Positions 48,082-60,300 are shown, counted from the first letter of the stretch. The stretch is DNA of 64,000 bases from Candidatus Moraniibacteriota bacterium (GCA_046116545.1 CP175956.1:961734-1025733), one strand, 5' to 3'. Translations and numbers: made by a program. Notes: a model not told the origin generated them from the letters alone.

Positions 48082-49332
48082 TTATACCTGCTCTGATATT
48101 GTTAGCAATCTATTGTACTTGCATAATCTCTCACCTCTTGATAATGAACCTGTTTTAATAAAGTCCGCAGCAACTCCAACTGACAAATCAGCTATGAAAT
48201 CATCAATTGTTTCACCACTCCTATGAGATACTATTGTCTTCATATTATTATCTTGAGCTAACTTAATACATTCTAAAGTTTCTGTAACTGTACCTATTTG
48301 ATTTGGTTTTATCAATACTGAATTACATGACTTCTCATTGATTGCTCTTTGCAATCTTTTTGTATTTGTAACTATCAAATCATCACCTATAAGCATAATT
48401 TGTTCATCAAATTTTTCATACATTTCGTGCCAACCTTCCCAATCATACTCTGTAAGTCCATCCTCTATACTCATAATATAGTGCTCATCAACCCATTTTT
48501 GATACTCATCCAATAGCTCTGGAACTGTAAATGCTTTATCTTCAATTTCAAATGCATAATGACCACATTTTTCATGATAAAAAGAATTTGCAGCTGCATC
48601 AATTGCAATTCCTATTTCATCACCCATCTTATAACCAGCTTTTTCCACAGCATCTTCAATGGCTATTAGTGGTGCCATATTATTGTCCAACCTCGGAGCA
48701 AAGCCTCCTTCATCCCCAACAGATGTCGCTAATTCCTTATCTGCTAAATACTTTTTTAATGCATGAAAAATTTCTGAACCTGCTCGATATTGTTCTTTGA
48801 AAGTTTTAATTCCATGGGGCACAACCTTATATTCTTGAATAGCCAATCCACTATCTGCATGTTGACCACCATTTATAATATTAAACATAGGGATTGGCAT
48901 TGCCACATCTTCTGTTTTATGCAAATCTGCAATATGTTCATATAATTGCTTTCCTTTGCTAATTGCAGTTACCCTACAAACAGCAAGAGACACTGACAGT
49001 ATGGCATTAGCTCCAAGTCTTTCCTTATTGTCTGTGCCATCAAGTTCAATCATTTTTTTATCAATTTCACTTTGATCAACAACACTCATACCTACAACAG
49101 CTTTTTGTATTTCTCCATTTACATTTTCAATAGCTTTTAGCACACCTTTACCATTATATCTAGCTTTATCTCCGTCTCTCAATTCCAATGCTTCAAATTC
49201 ACCTGTTGATGCTCCACTTGGAACCTGAGCCCAAGCTTTTGTCCCATCATCTAAATATATTTCTGTTTCCAATGTAGGATTACCTCTTGAATCAAGTATT
49301 TCTCTAGCGAATATTTTTTTTATTTTTGCCAT
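48082..49332 (-). CDS. eno: Enolase
   Basis: ILDSRGNPT, PSGASTG, VGDEGGFAP, SHRSGET. Confidence 0.97.
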   Translation of the reverse strand: MAKIKKIFAREILDSRGNPTLETEIYLDDGTKAWAQVPSGASTGEFEALELRDGDKARYNGKGVLKAIENVNGEIQKAVVGMSVVDQSEIDKKMIELDGTDNKERLGANAILSVSLAVCRVTAISKGKQLYEHIADLHKTEDVAMPIPMFNIINGGQHADSGLAIQEYKVVPHGIKTFKEQYRAGSEIFHALKKYLADKELATSVGDEGGFAPRLDNNMAPLIAIEDAVEKAGYKMGDEIGIAIDAAANSFYHEKCGHYAFEIEDKAFTVPELLDEYQKWVDEHYIMSIEDGLTEYDWEGWHEMYEKFDEQIMLIGDDLIVTNTKRLQRAINEKSCNSVLIKPNQIGTVTETLECIKLAQDNNMKTIVSHRSGETIDDFIADLSVGVAADFIKTGSLSRGERLCKYNRLLTISEQV

Positions 49333-49371
49333 AGTTTTTTTAATATTAATTATTTTTTATTATATCATACC

Positions 49372-50439
49372 CTATACACATTTACCTCCATCACATATAA
49401 GTACATCTATCCCAGGCATTTCTTCTCCACCTAAATATGCAAGCATTGCTCCTCCGCCAGTAGACACAAATGATATTTCACTCATCAATCCACTCTCTTC
49501 CACCATTTGAGCACTCTCTCCACCACCTATCAAACTAAATGCCTTTTTATTTTGAGCAATCGCCTCTATTAACTTCAAAGTCCCTTTTTTATATTTTTCC
49601 TTTTCTATCAGTCCCATTGGACCATTCCATACAATTGTATTAGCAGTGCTAATATATTTACAAAAATTTTCTATAGTTTTAGTCCCTATATCATAATACT
49701 TATACTCAAAATCAATTGGTAATACGACATTATCTTCAAGTTTCATTTTCTTATCTCTTGCCTCTACTGCAGTTTTTCCACCAACTAATACCGTATCATA
49801 TTTCCCAGCAAGCTCCTTCATCATTGGAACTTTAGTCTCTATTTTCGATCCACCTATTATTGCTACCGCTGGATGCTCCGGCTCATGCTTCACACGCTTT
49901 AAATTCTTCAATTCTTTTTGGACCCATAATCCTGCAAATGACGGGATACACGTTGTTATTGCATGCACAGATGCATGTTTCCTGTGACAAACAGCAAATG
50001 CATCACTTACATATATATCAAAAGATTTACATAGCTTAGACGCAAATGATTTCACATCTTTTTTTTCTTCTTCATAAAAACGTACATTTTCAAGTAATAT
50101 CACTTTACCATCTCCAAAACCCTCCACTGCACGTTCCACATCCTCACCGATACAATCAGAGACAAATTCAATGTCTCTTTCTAAAATTCCAGAAATATCA
50201 CCAACCATTTTTTTTAGTGAATATTTTTCATTCACTTTTCCGTCAGGCCTGCCAAAATGTGTTAGAAGTGCTACATGCGATGCACCATTTTTAATTAAAA
50301 AATCAACAGTATTTTTAACTGCTGCTATCTTATATACTGATTTAACATGTCCATATTCATCTCTAGACACATTGAAATCAGCCCTTACTATGATTTTTTT
50401 ACCATTAACATTTGTGTCTTGTATTTTTTTTATTTTCAT
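49372..50439 (-). CDS. pgk: Phosphoglycerate kinase (compact)
   Basis: RADFNV, HFGRP, LLENVRF, WNGPMG, STGGGA. Confidence 0.95.
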   Translation of the reverse strand: MKIKKIQDTNVNGKKIIVRADFNVSRDEYGHVKSVYKIAAVKNTVDFLIKNGASHVALLTHFGRPDGKVNEKYSLKKMVGDISGILERDIEFVSDCIGEDVERAVEGFGDGKVILLENVRFYEEEKKDVKSFASKLCKSFDIYVSDAFAVCHRKHASVHAITTCIPSFAGLWVQKELKNLKRVKHEPEHPAVAIIGGSKIETKVPMMKELAGKYDTVLVGGKTAVEARDKKMKLEDNVVLPIDFEYKYYDIGTKTIENFCKYISTANTIVWNGPMGLIEKEKYKKGTLKLIEAIAQNKKAFSLIGGGESAQMVEESGLMSEISFVSTGGGAMLAYLGGEEMPGIDVLICDGGKCV

Positions 50440-50460
50440 AAACACTCTTGATTTTTATTT

Positions 50461-51558
50461 TTACCCCATACCTATTATTCCTATAATAAGCCCCAGACTA
50501 ACCATGACGGCTGTGAAAATCCATGCCCTCATCGTAATCTTCGGTTCAGGCCAACCCAATGCTTCAAAATGATGATGTATTGGAGCTGCTAAAAATACTT
50601 TTCGTTTGAAAAATTTCTTTGAAGTAATTTGTATAAATGCACTACCTGATTCTAATACATACACAAATACTATAATAAACAATATAACAACTGAATTAGT
50701 GAGCATGGCAACAACCCCTAACGTAGCGCCTAAACTTATAGCCCCTGTGTCCCCCATAAAAAATCTAGCTGGGTAAACATTAAACCATAAGAATGCAAGT
50801 AAAGCACCTGATATTGCCAAACAAAAAGCAGCTAAGTCAACCTTATTTTGCGTAAATGCAATAAGTGCAAAAGCTGAAAAAGCCATCATGAGTATTCCCC
50901 CATTCAAACCATCAAGCCCATCTGTTTCATTTGAAGAAAATGCTGTAAAGATAATAACAAATATAAACAATGGTATATACCATAAACCTATACTGAAATC
51001 TCCAACTGCTGGAATGTGCATAACATCCCATCCCAGTTTTGAATAAAACCACCAAGCTCCTAATGCAGCTATACCAAATAACCACCAAAATCTTACTGCA
51101 AACCTCATGCCACCACCTTTATTACTTCCCCATCCCCGAACACTCATTACATCATCAAATAGGCCCAATATGCCTGTTGCTATCAAGGCAAATAATGGTA
51201 GCCATGTTTGACTACGAGAAAGAAAATCCATTCTTGCCAAAAAATTAATGTCCATGAGCCAAGCTATCAACGGAAAAATATAATGCGATGCTAATATAAA
51301 AATAAATATACTAAACCAAACTATTACACCTCCCATCGTAGGAGTTCCTGCTTTATCTGCGTGAAGAGTATTAACAAATTGCAATGAATCACCCTGAACA
51401 CTTTTTTTCTTTATTTTAATCCCTAACTTATATTTATATAAAAAATGAGTCCATATAGGAGTTATCAGAAATGCAAGACAAAACGCCATAATACCTGTAA
51501 GCATTATCTTTAAAACATTTTCGATTTCTGGCGTTCCACAAATTGCTTGAAGTTCCAT
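50461..51558 (-). CDS. mraY: Phospho-N-acetylmuramoyl-pentapeptide transferase
   Basis: KAGTPTMGG, DD, NETDGLDGL, FMGDTG, APIHHHFE. Confidence 0.96.
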   Translation of the reverse strand: MELQAICGTPEIENVLKIMLTGIMAFCLAFLITPIWTHFLYKYKLGIKIKKKSVQGDSLQFVNTLHADKAGTPTMGGVIVWFSIFIFILASHYIFPLIAWLMDINFLARMDFLSRSQTWLPLFALIATGILGLFDDVMSVRGWGSNKGGGMRFAVRFWWLFGIAALGAWWFYSKLGWDVMHIPAVGDFSIGLWYIPLFIFVIIFTAFSSNETDGLDGLNGGILMMAFSAFALIAFTQNKVDLAAFCLAISGALLAFLWFNVYPARFFMGDTGAISLGATLGVVAMLTNSVVILFIIVFVYVLESGSAFIQITSKKFFKRKVFLAAPIHHHFEALGWPEPKITMRAWIFTAVMVSLGLIIGIIGMG

Positions 51559-51579
51559 ATATAATTATTATAACACAAC

Positions 51580-52647
51580 TTACTTCCAAACGTAATTTTC
51601 AAATGCCCACTCACTCATTTTTTGAACATCATTAAATCTTTGATAATCATCTAGAACTATAGAGACAATGTCATGTTCTTTGTCAGTACTAGTTGAAGTG
51701 AGCGCTAAACAATATCCAGCCCTAGGAGTAAACCCTGTTTTAGCACCTACTAAATTATCCATCTCACCTACTAATCTATTTGTATTTTTTAGCTCATGTA
51801 CAATTTCACCATCCACAGATGTAAATGTTCCTTCTTTTGTTTTCATTATGTCCCACAAAACACTATATTTATCATGTTTTCTCAAATGAGCAACAACTCT
51901 GGCTATGTCATAAGCACTTGAATAACAGGATTCTTCATTTTCATCCAATTCTAACCCAGATGGTCTACAAAAATTTGTGTTTCCAGCACCTACCTCTTTC
52001 ATACGAGCATTCATAAGTTTTGCAAACTCCTCTTCACTCCCAGCAATATGTATCGCCAGAGTTGTAGCTACATCATTTGCACTAAACATCAGCATTGCTC
52101 TTAATAAATCTTTTACTCTAACTTTTTCACCCACTTGCAACCTTGGAGCATTACAAATAACTGACGTAGGACAACCCACTTTTGTACCTTCAATTCTCAT
52201 AACTGACTCAGGTATTACAACAACTTCATTTAAATCTCTAATTCTATCAATCACAACCATTGCCGTAACTAATTTTGTAATCGAAGCAATTGACCTTCTT
52301 TCAGTTGAGTTCTTTTCCCATAAAATAGTACCTGACTTTGTATCAAATATAATTCCCGCATGAGCATCTTCAACGCTCAAATTATAAAAATCCTCTTTCT
52401 TTACAGGCTGACTAATAACTTCTGTAATGATATCATTTTGTTTAGACAAAACAGTTTTCATCCTTCGGATTTTTTCCTTACTAACTTGATTGTCCTTACG
52501 TAATTCTATTTCTTCATTTTTAACAATATTTTCATCATTTTTTTGCACAAATATACTAACACCTATTATAAATGCAAAAAACACAAATACAGCAACTGGA
52601 TATGTTACTAATGAATTTTGTTGTTTTTTAGATAATTCTTCTGTCAT
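51580..52647 (-). CDS. D-alanyl-D-alanine carboxypeptidase (peptidase S11)
   Basis: ASITK (SxxK), SAND (SxN), KTG motifs; N-terminal TM. Confidence 0.92.
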   Translation of the reverse strand: MTEELSKKQQNSLVTYPVAVFVFFAFIIGVSIFVQKNDENIVKNEEIELRKDNQVSKEKIRRMKTVLSKQNDIITEVISQPVKKEDFYNLSVEDAHAGIIFDTKSGTILWEKNSTERRSIASITKLVTAMVVIDRIRDLNEVVVIPESVMRIEGTKVGCPTSVICNAPRLQVGEKVRVKDLLRAMLMFSANDVATTLAIHIAGSEEEFAKLMNARMKEVGAGNTNFCRPSGLELDENEESCYSSAYDIARVVAHLRKHDKYSVLWDIMKTKEGTFTSVDGEIVHELKNTNRLVGEMDNLVGAKTGFTPRAGYCLALTSTSTDKEHDIVSIVLDDYQRFNDVQKMSEWAFENYVWK

Positions 52648-52672
52648 AAAAAATACAATGAATCAATCTCAA

Positions 52673-53251
52673 TTAAAGCTGTCCTTGATTTTCATTATCA
52701 CTGTAAATTATAGCGTCAATTCGCTTATCATTTGAAAGCTCTTCAAATTCTGGTAATTCATTAACTGATTCTACGCCCAAAACACGCAAAAAATCAATTG
52801 TTGTCTGATATTTCTGTAATCTTTTATTTTCTTCGTTTTTTGATTGTTCTATCAAACCTCTTCTTTTCAAATTTCTGATAGTAAATGCACAATTGACTCC
52901 ACGAATTGCCTCTACATCAATTTTATTAATTGGTCCACGGTAAGCTATAATAGCCAAAACTTCCATAGCAACTGGAGTCAAAGGACCTTCCAATTCTTTT
53001 TTTGTAATTTGTTCAATGATTTTAGATGATTCAGGATTTGTAACCATTTGAATTTCATCATCATGACTCAAAATACGCATACCACAACTCTTTCGTGATT
53101 CATATTCTTCTTTTAAATTATCAACAGCAGACTTCACATCTTCATCAGTCAGCTCCAATAATTCGCCGATTTTATCAAATGTTATTTCTCTTCCATACAT
53201 AAATAACAAAGATTCCAAAACTGCAACAATATTTATATTTTTATTCTCCAT
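52673..53251 (-). CDS. scpB: SMC-Scp complex subunit ScpB
   Basis: ESLLF, LT..A.EVLAIIAY.GP, IRGVN, TT..FL...G......LP. Confidence 0.95.
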   Translation of the reverse strand: MENKNINIVAVLESLLFMYGREITFDKIGELLELTDEDVKSAVDNLKEEYESRKSCGMRILSHDDEIQMVTNPESSKIIEQITKKELEGPLTPVAMEVLAIIAYRGPINKIDVEAIRGVNCAFTIRNLKRRGLIEQSKNEENKRLQKYQTTIDFLRVLGVESVNELPEFEELSNDKRIDAIIYSDNENQGQL

Positions 53252-53266
53252 AATTCATAATATTAA

Positions 53267-53980
53267 TTAAGTCTTTACTTTATCATTTTTAATGATGATA
53301 TCCTCAAAAACACTACTCTGTTTTACAATAACAATTTGCTGTTTCACCAATTCCAAAATTGCCAAAAATGATACAACCACCTCAGATTTATCTGTCGCAT
53401 TTTTAGTTATTTCAGAAAATATAATTATAGCTCTTTGCTCTACACTCTTTTGAATAAATACAATTCTACGCTCCAATGATATCACATCACTAACAATTTT
53501 TTCTTCCAATGATTCCATCCTGGGAATAGTATGTAATGATGATAAAAATGCACTTCTCAAGTCTTCAAGTACAATTCCTTCAGGCGGACAAAAATGAGCA
53601 TCCTGACCCCAAACTCCTTTATTACTGTAAGAACCTTGTGTTACTTCAAAAAAATCATTAAATGTTTCATTATGATCTTTAAAAACTTTGAGAGCTGCTA
53701 ACTGTCTTTCAAGTTCCTCTAAATCACTTTCTTCTTCCTCATCTAATTGTAGCAATGGAAGAAGCGCCTGAGATTTAACCAGAATCAGCTTGGCTGCCAC
53801 TGACAAAAAATCAGTAAGATTACTGAGTGAAATATCTTCTTTTTCATTGATATAATTCAAATATTCATCTGTAATATTAGCTAGCGAAACTCTAGTAATA
53901 TCAACCTTTTCCTTATCAATTAAATCCAAGAGTAAATCAAGAGGACCTTCAAATTGTTCAGTTTTTACTTTATAAGTCAT
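53267..53980 (-). CDS. scpA: Segregation/condensation protein ScpA
   Basis: FEGPLDLLL.LI, KS..LLP, FLAILELVK; start MTYKVK at 53980. Confidence 0.95.
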   Translation of the reverse strand: MTYKVKTEQFEGPLDLLLDLIDKEKVDITRVSLANITDEYLNYINEKEDISLSNLTDFLSVAAKLILVKSQALLPLLQLDEEEESDLEELERQLAALKVFKDHNETFNDFFEVTQGSYSNKGVWGQDAHFCPPEGIVLEDLRSAFLSSLHTIPRMESLEEKIVSDVISLERRIVFIQKSVEQRAIIIFSEITKNATDKSEVVVSFLAILELVKQQIVIVKQSSVFEDIIIKNDKVKT

Positions 53981-54060
53981 AAAAATAGTATACCACAACA
54001 ACTAACTTATTGAGAACTAATAGACAGTAGTTATTCAAATCTATCCAAACTAAATATTTT

Positions 54061-54129
54061 GTCATTCCAGAAATGTATATTTTTCCAAGAACGAAGTGAT
54101 TAGTAAAAAAATATCATTGTCCGGAATCC
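54061..54129. repeat. GTCATTCC...TCCGGAATCC palindromic element
   Basis: Near-identical outer arms to 10156-10237, with a different interior hairpin (aatgtatatttt/aaaatatcatt). Confidence 0.7.
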
Positions 54130-54338
54130 ATCCTAACAAATTAAAAAAATTAAGTCTTACAAAAAGATTACCACTTTCACTGGAACTCCCATGAATACAC
54201 CAAAATAGTTACAATGGATAATAATTCATAATAAATTATCAATCTATTTACAGAAACTACTCCAACATACCTTACAAAACAATAACTGATTAATTATTTA
54301 TTAATCAGCTATTACTTTTAGTTTTTATTCTTCAAGAC

Positions 54339-57300
54339 TTAATTAACAACAAACCAATCAACAACTAAATCCTCCTCTAATATATTTCCAATTTCAACGA
54401 TAAATCCACCTTCAATAATATTTTTCACTTGCGTAGCAACAATATTAACAGCATCTCTAACTGTCACAAACACACGACTACCCTCATGAACTCCATCACT
54501 TTCAATTGAAACCTCAGTCTCACCAGCAACTATAGTAGCAGTTCCAATGGATGAAGCATTGATTTCGTTACCTTGTTCATCGTGTGTTGTTATATCGTCA
54601 TTGATGTTCAATGTATTTGTTTCTATACTATTTACTTTTAAGTCATCTAATACAGTTAGACCTTCTATCGTGGTTATGAGTCTTGTAGTAGACATTGTAT
54701 TATTATCTATTGTAAACAAGAATCTTTCATTTATGGCTAGAACTGTATCTGAATTTTTAGACACTGTACTTGCTAGATCTGACTGATATCCATCTAATTC
54801 ATCCATTCTATCTTCTATTTCAGTTAGAGTTTCTGTTGCTAAAGTATTTGCATTTATTTGTAGTGACAGTACCTCGTGCCTGTCATTAATTCCTCCTATG
54901 TCATCCTGAACTTGATTCAGGATCTCAGATGCATCATTTGTTTGTAATGACAAACCTAATTGTTTATCATTTAAATCTATAATTTGAGTATCAATTTCTG
55001 TTATCTTTTGTGGAGTTGGTAGGTTTGATATATCTATCAGATTTAGATTTGGTACTTCTTGTCCTGTTGTTATATCTGTTATATATATTAGTTGTTGTCC
55101 TGTTAGTTTTTCTATCAATCTTACTGTTTTTGTCATATCTACATTTATTGATTTGTTGTCTTTTTCTGAGTAATAGCTCCATGCTAATTCTTCACTTTCT
55201 CCTCCGGGTATAGTTGAGAAATTATGTGGAGATAGAGTTGTTGTATTTCCTGCTTCATCTCTTACTCTTAGTTCATGGGACCCACTTTGATCTACTGCAA
55301 ACAGTTGTATCCCATTAACTATTGATGTTGTTGGAGCTATTGAGTTTGAGATTGTTAGGATATTATCTGCGTTTGTTCCATAGTTTGAACTTCCTATTCC
55401 TACATTTCCTGATGTGTAGGCTATATTATTTCCTGTTTGGGTCCAGAGTGATGATGCGCTTGATGTTCCACTATCAATGAGTGAACCTGAAAACTTAGTT
55501 TGATAAATTGTACCACCAATGATTGTTCCACCACCATTATTCACCCACAATTCTACATAGTCAGTTGTTCCATTCATATCAATAATATCGGACGTCATAG
55601 TAAGTCCATCTGAATCCCGAGTAAACCCATGTGACCAATAGGTGTCATTTTTTTTAATCATAACAGAACATGACGTCGTGTCATCGCAATATGCAGAACC
55701 CGTTAATGAATATTTTCCTGTGATTGTTGGCTGAAACTTATCAGTTACTAAATCAAAATCATTATTAGAATCAAATGCCTCATTTGACCATGTTACTTTT
55801 GTCCATGTGTTTGTTGTTACTGTTTGATTTGTTCCATTTTTATTTACACTAAAACTAGATGATAATTCGACTGCACTATCTGCACATTCCCATGCACTAC
55901 CTGCTTCATTATATGAAAGAGTTTGACCATCTGTACATGTTGGTAAACTTGTTCCAGATGAAGTCATCACAGCGTCAGTCGTTTCAACTGAAGTTGTTTT
56001 GAATGATTCTTCAGCAATAGCTATGTAAATGTAGGTACTTCCATTATAATTCATCTCAGGATTTGCACCTCTTTGTTTAAAACCATTGGATAATATATCC
56101 AACTGATTTTGAGGGGATCTCGTAGAACCATCATTTTCAACTTCTAAACTATTTGCCCAAAGTTCTTGTGTTGCTACATTAGAAGGATCTCTTGCCGTAT
56201 CATGAATGCTCCAAGATTCTGCACGATTTGTATCTTTAATCATTATCCACCTTGGTTTAAATCCTGTATTAACAAAAGGTCCATCTGCACTTCCATTTCC
56301 TGTATAAGACCCAACTTTAGAGTAACCAGGAACAGAGTGGAATGCGTAGGCGATGTGAGTATTTCCACTATGATTAATGCCATCAACCGAACCCAATGAG
56401 AACACTGAAGGTGTCGGACTTGTATTATTCCAAGATCCAAAATTTTGTGCGTCTGATGTTAAATTTAAACGCAACGAATCAACATTGCCAGTAGGTTCAC
56501 TATAAACTTGCCAATTCCAAACATCACTATCTCTATCTTTAAAAATCAACATTTCAGGCTCAGAATTTAATCCATGTCCAACTGTTGCTCCTGCTATTCC
56601 ATTTCCTGTATAGCTAATTATTGAAAATCCAGCATCAGTGTTAGCAGAAACTTGCGAAGAAATTGTTCCACTTGTATTGGCAATAGCAGCTCCTCCCGCT
56701 TTCCATGCCCAAGCGACATAAGTTGCAGCATTAGAATTTGCTTGCGCTGATGTACCAACTTCAAATCCATTTGATAAAAAATTAGTTACATGATTGTAGG
56801 TATTTTCTATAGCTGTAGAATCTGATGATAATCCCTTAAGAACCCCTCTCACAGAATCTACTAAGGCATGTGAATTTAAATTGCTGCGTTGCTTTAACCA
56901 CACTAAATCAGGCTGAAAATCCAATCCTGTAATTGATTGTGTAGTTCCATTACCTGTATAAGTTGCTACATCAAAATGTTCCGATGGTTTAATTATTGTT
57001 GAACTTGGTAAATTCGCTGAAGAAAGAGCTTTGAATCCAGTAGGTGGAGTATACTTGAAATATCCGTTAGCATCAGAGTCGTAAGTTAAACTGGCTTGAG
57101 CATTTTGACCAAAATTGATAGCTACTTTATCTGCAGTAGACACCACTGGGAATACCGTATCACTTAAACCACTAAATGCAGTGCCTTGACTTGACCCATT
57201 TTTATAAAATTCAATAGTTTTTGCATCCATATCTACTGCAATACCAATTACATCATTTGTCGTAAATGTATCACCGTAACTAGCACCACTTCCATTATTC

Positions 57301-60300
57301 CATTTTTGACCACTATCACCCGCATAAACATATCCAGCTGGAGTACTTCCAACCCATGTATCCAATCCTGTTTCTGTATCAGTTGCAACTCCAGCATGAA
57401 TATCATTAGCATTTGATTCCCATGTTGTTTCCCAATACCATTTGCCAGATGATATACCAATAGTACCTCTAGGACTTCTGTATGCTACCGATGAAGCAAA
57501 TTCGAGATTTCCCTCTGTATATGTTTCATCAGAAATATTTAACAATGGATTAAATACTGCAAAATTATTAAACGGAGTATCAATAACTTGATCAGTCGCA
57601 TCAAGGTTGTTTGTTGTCCATGTATTGCTATTTCCAGATATATCTGCACCTAGATTTGTATCATCTTCAAAATTTAAGTGAAACCCATTTGTTCCGTAAG
57701 TACCAGAGTAATCTTTTGCTATCCATTTTCCTGTTGTGGCATCTATTTCTCCAAAACTTGTTGGAGTAAGTGCTTGACCATCAATAAAGTTGATATCGGA
57801 GAGGTAACCATCAAAAGGAAGTGTGGCATCATCACTAAGATCCACTCCAGCTCCTAGATAATGAGCAATGTTACTATTTGACATTAGGTCAGCATCCTGA
57901 GCAGGATAATTACTTGTAGTAAACTCTGTTATCTGTTCTCCATCAACAAATAATTTTGTTCTATTGGAAGCAGTTGCTTGTGTTGTGTCAATTTGCACAG
58001 CTATATGATACCAAGTGGATGAATCCCTATAAACAGAACTTGTTATCAACATTAAAGCATCTGTGTTTTGACTATCGTTAATTCTAATTTGATCATCAGC
58101 CGTAAAATTCATAACAAAGAAGTCTCCACCACCCGTCCTTGTTTCAACAAAGAATTGATTTGTTCCCAAATTTCCTCTCTTCACCCAACCACTCCAAGTC
58201 CAAGTCTTCCTATTTCCAGCAGAGCTTGGTGTTCTTGATAGATAAGCTGAATCATCGTCATTGAAACGAAGCGCGTTTTTAATAATGTCTTCTTGAACAC
58301 ACTCCCAAGTACTATTTACATCATTATAAGTTAAATCCCCTCCATTTGGACAAGTTGGTGTACTCCCACTGGAGAAAACACCCCAAGCAGTTCCATTACA
58401 AAACTCCATGACTTTTGTAGAGTCATTGTATCTCATTGCACCTTCTTTGTTTGCGTCACATGCATCTGTATCACCTCCTAATTGAATAGAACTTGTTGTT
58501 TTAATTTTATTATCAAAATTAAATGTATTACTTGCTGTAAGGTAACTTATCACACCTTCATCTCCATCTTCTCCTATATGTAATGATGATGGTCCTAGGT
58601 ATAGATCTCTAAATCTATTTGTTGAAGATCCTAGGTCGTATGTATCATCTGTATCTGGTCCTATATGTCCTGCTACTTGTAGTGTGAAGTTATCTGGTGT
58701 TGTTGTTCCTATTCCTATATTTCCTATATCGTAATATGCGTCTGATCCATTTGCTGTCCATAGGGATGAACCACTTGTTCCGGTTGTATCATATTTTACT
58801 TTCCAATCTTTATTTTCATCTAATGTTGGGAATACTGTGTTTATTGGGGCTTTATAGATTACATTTGTAGCAACGCTTCCGTTATACCCTCCAAAAAGGT
58901 ACACATAATCACCAACAATTGCCATCTGAGAAACTCCTAAATTACCTGGTAATACCGAACTTGTATTTACCCAATTTGTTGGGTCTGATATTGGTGCTCT
59001 ATAAATCAGACTTGTATACGATCCATTGTACCCTCCAAAAAGATATACGTAATCACCAATAATGGCTAATTGTGAAAGGCGTAAGATACCTGGTAATGTT
59101 GAACCTGTATCTACCCAATTTGTTGGGTCTGATATTGGTGCACGATAAATTTCATTCATAGCTGTACCAGTACTATCACCACCAAAAAGATATACGTGAT
59201 CACCAATAATTGCCACTTGAGATTGACTGAAAGTTCCTGGTAATGTTGAACCTGTATCTACCCAATTTGTTGGGTCTGCTGTTGGTGCTCTATATATCGT
59301 ATTTACAACTAAACTATCTACACCACCAAAAAGATATACGTAATCACCAATAATGGCTACTTGAGAATTTCGCAGATTACTTGGTAATGTTGAACCTGTA
59401 TCTACCCAATTTGTTGGGTCTGCTGTTGGTGCTCTATATATAGTATTTACACTTACAGCAGCAGCATATCCACCAAAAAGATATACGTAATCACCAATAA
59501 TGGCTACTTGAGAATTTCGCAGATTACTTGGTAATGTTGAACCTGTATCTACCCAATTTGTTGGGTCTGCTATTGGTGCACGATAAACTATACTTGTATC
59601 TGAACCATTACCACCTCCAAAAAGATATATGTAATCACCAATAATTGCTGTTTGCGAATTATACAAAGCACCTGGTAATACAGCTCCCGTATCAACCCAC
59701 TCATTCTCAACAAGCTTTGGTTGATAAGCAGCTGAAGCAGTTCCACTCGAACTCCCAGCAGCAGAAGAACTTATTGTTACAGTTTGTGTTCCTGGTGATT
59801 TTTTAACTATTGTTAGAGTTTGATCTCCTAATCCTGTTGTTTGATATACAGTATAATCATTTGTTACATTTTTTTGTGCGTATCCTGTTGCATCAATATT
59901 TACATCTATTCTTTTTAGATTTGGGTTTTGTGTATCAGATGTTGAATAGAAAGTTGATGATAGATCAAAAGTTGTTTGATCTACTGCAAAGGATCCTGAT
60001 AATTCCCATTCTGAATCATGTATTTCTTCTAGCACTGTAGAATTCATTTGATTCATTATTCCACTTTCTACTGCTTTTGATATTGCGCTATTTGCATTAT
60101 CTTCTATTCCTGTTGTACTCCATGTATCTACGTTATCTCTAAAATACCAAGTTCCATCAGTTCCAGAGTGGACTGATGCTTCTTTACTTGCAATGTCTCT
60201 CCATGCAGTTCCTGTCCATACTTTAAATGTATGTCTATTATTGAAACTTGCTGCGTAAAATATTGATTGAGAGTTTAGATTTTCTAATACACTTACTGAG

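Noticed and set aside
49372-50439. Short PGK as a possible pseudogene
   Set aside because: All catalytic motifs are present in one intact frame; the shortening is internal.
58843-59700. Regularly spaced identical ~38-bp repeats resembling a CRISPR array
   Set aside because: The period is ~144-147 bp, in frame within a CDS, the 'spacers' are homologous to each other, and there are no cas genes; these are kelch repeats.
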